The position numbers and the translations under genes are program-made. Of a stretch of 34,851 nucleotides of DNA, positions 34,652 through 34,851 are shown piece after piece. This DNA is from a bacterium SM23_31. Lineage in GTDB: Bacteria > SM23-31. The DNA is taken from positions 1 to 34,851 of the forward strand of contig LJUD01000001.1 in assembly GCA_001304035.1 (NCBI GenBank), given 5' to 3'. The first letter of the stretch is position 1. Every line of letters begins with the position of its first letter. The notes under the pieces were generated by a model, which saw only the letters and a program-made list of their open reading frames with translations, searched no databases and was not told the origin of the DNA.

Positions 34652-34851
34652 ATGAGTTCTATTATTACCAGAAGAAATTTCCTTAAAACAAGTGGTGCTG
34701 TTGGTGCCGGTTTGACCATTTTAACCGGCACCGGTGCAGTTTATGGGAAAAACACAAAACGGCAAGTCATACGGAGGCCCGTCATTTTAAACAGCAGAAG
34801 CGGCAGCAGTGAACTTGGTACAAGCGGTAATGCAGACGGCTGGGCGATTCT
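34652..34851 (+). CDS. Tat-signal protein, 5' part only (runs off the right edge)
   Basis: AGGAGG at 34641-34646. ATG 34652 gives MSSIITRRNFLKTSGAVGAGLTIL, a twin-arginine motif. The frame stays open to the window end. Confidence 0.6.
   Translation, partial: MSSIITRRNFLKTSGAVGAGLTILTGTGAVYGKNTKRQVIRRPVILNSRSGSSELGTSGNADGWAI

Noticed and set aside
1-34851. CRISPR arrays, tRNA/rRNA genes, transposases, integrases, toxin-antitoxin or defence-system genes
   Set aside because: I found no spacer-repeat periodicity, no cloverleaf-like GC-rich segments and no ORFs with recombinase, nuclease or defence motifs. The only dispersed repeat is the AATTACG-heptad element, reported separately.

Overview
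AT-rich bacterial window (Shine-Dalgarno sites present; no taxon assigned), with no rRNA, tRNA, CRISPR, transposase or integrase. Two convergent [NiFe]-hydrogenase loci dominate it. Locus A (plus strand, about 3.7-11.8 kb) opens with a sigma-54-type promoter and an unusual four-domain response regulator: REC, GcvH-like, pseudo-REC and a degenerate hydrogenase-maturation-protease domain. A terminator and a consensus sigma-70 promoter follow. Next come a Tat-less small subunit, a large subunit with a C-terminal tail, an endopeptidase, a soluble PAS histidine kinase and an NtrC-type sigma-54 activator. The gene content resembles the HupUV/HupT/HupR H2-sensing cascade, with non-canonical additions. 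Locus B (minus strand, 27.66 to 11.94 kb) is an apparent 19-gene operon. It encodes a group-4, formate-hydrogenlyase-like membrane hydrogenase fused to a full Mrp antiporter module. Upstream sit an AsrA/AsrB-like (sulfhydrogenase beta/gamma-like) NAD(P)H module, an FdhF-like molybdopterin subunit that by eye lacks all three formate-dehydrogenase catalytic residues, a HycB-like ferredoxin and a TPR/zinc-ribbon protein. Flanking genes are housekeeping or envelope genes. They include an M28 peptidase running off the left edge (absent from the ORF track), a GHL10-like hydrolase, a beta-propeller lipoprotein interrupted by one in-frame TAG, an RsbW-like kinase, a putative outer-membrane protein, an FtsB-like protein, a DUF2225-like protein, a Xaa-Pro aminopeptidase and a partial Tat-signal protein. 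Non-coding observations include a TGTAT-N9-ATACA palindrome in three intergenic regions, a 27-bp perfect tandem duplication, and an (AATTACG)n-based inverted repeat with a third dispersed copy. All family assignments come from motif recognition by eye and need HMM, phylogeny or structure checks.
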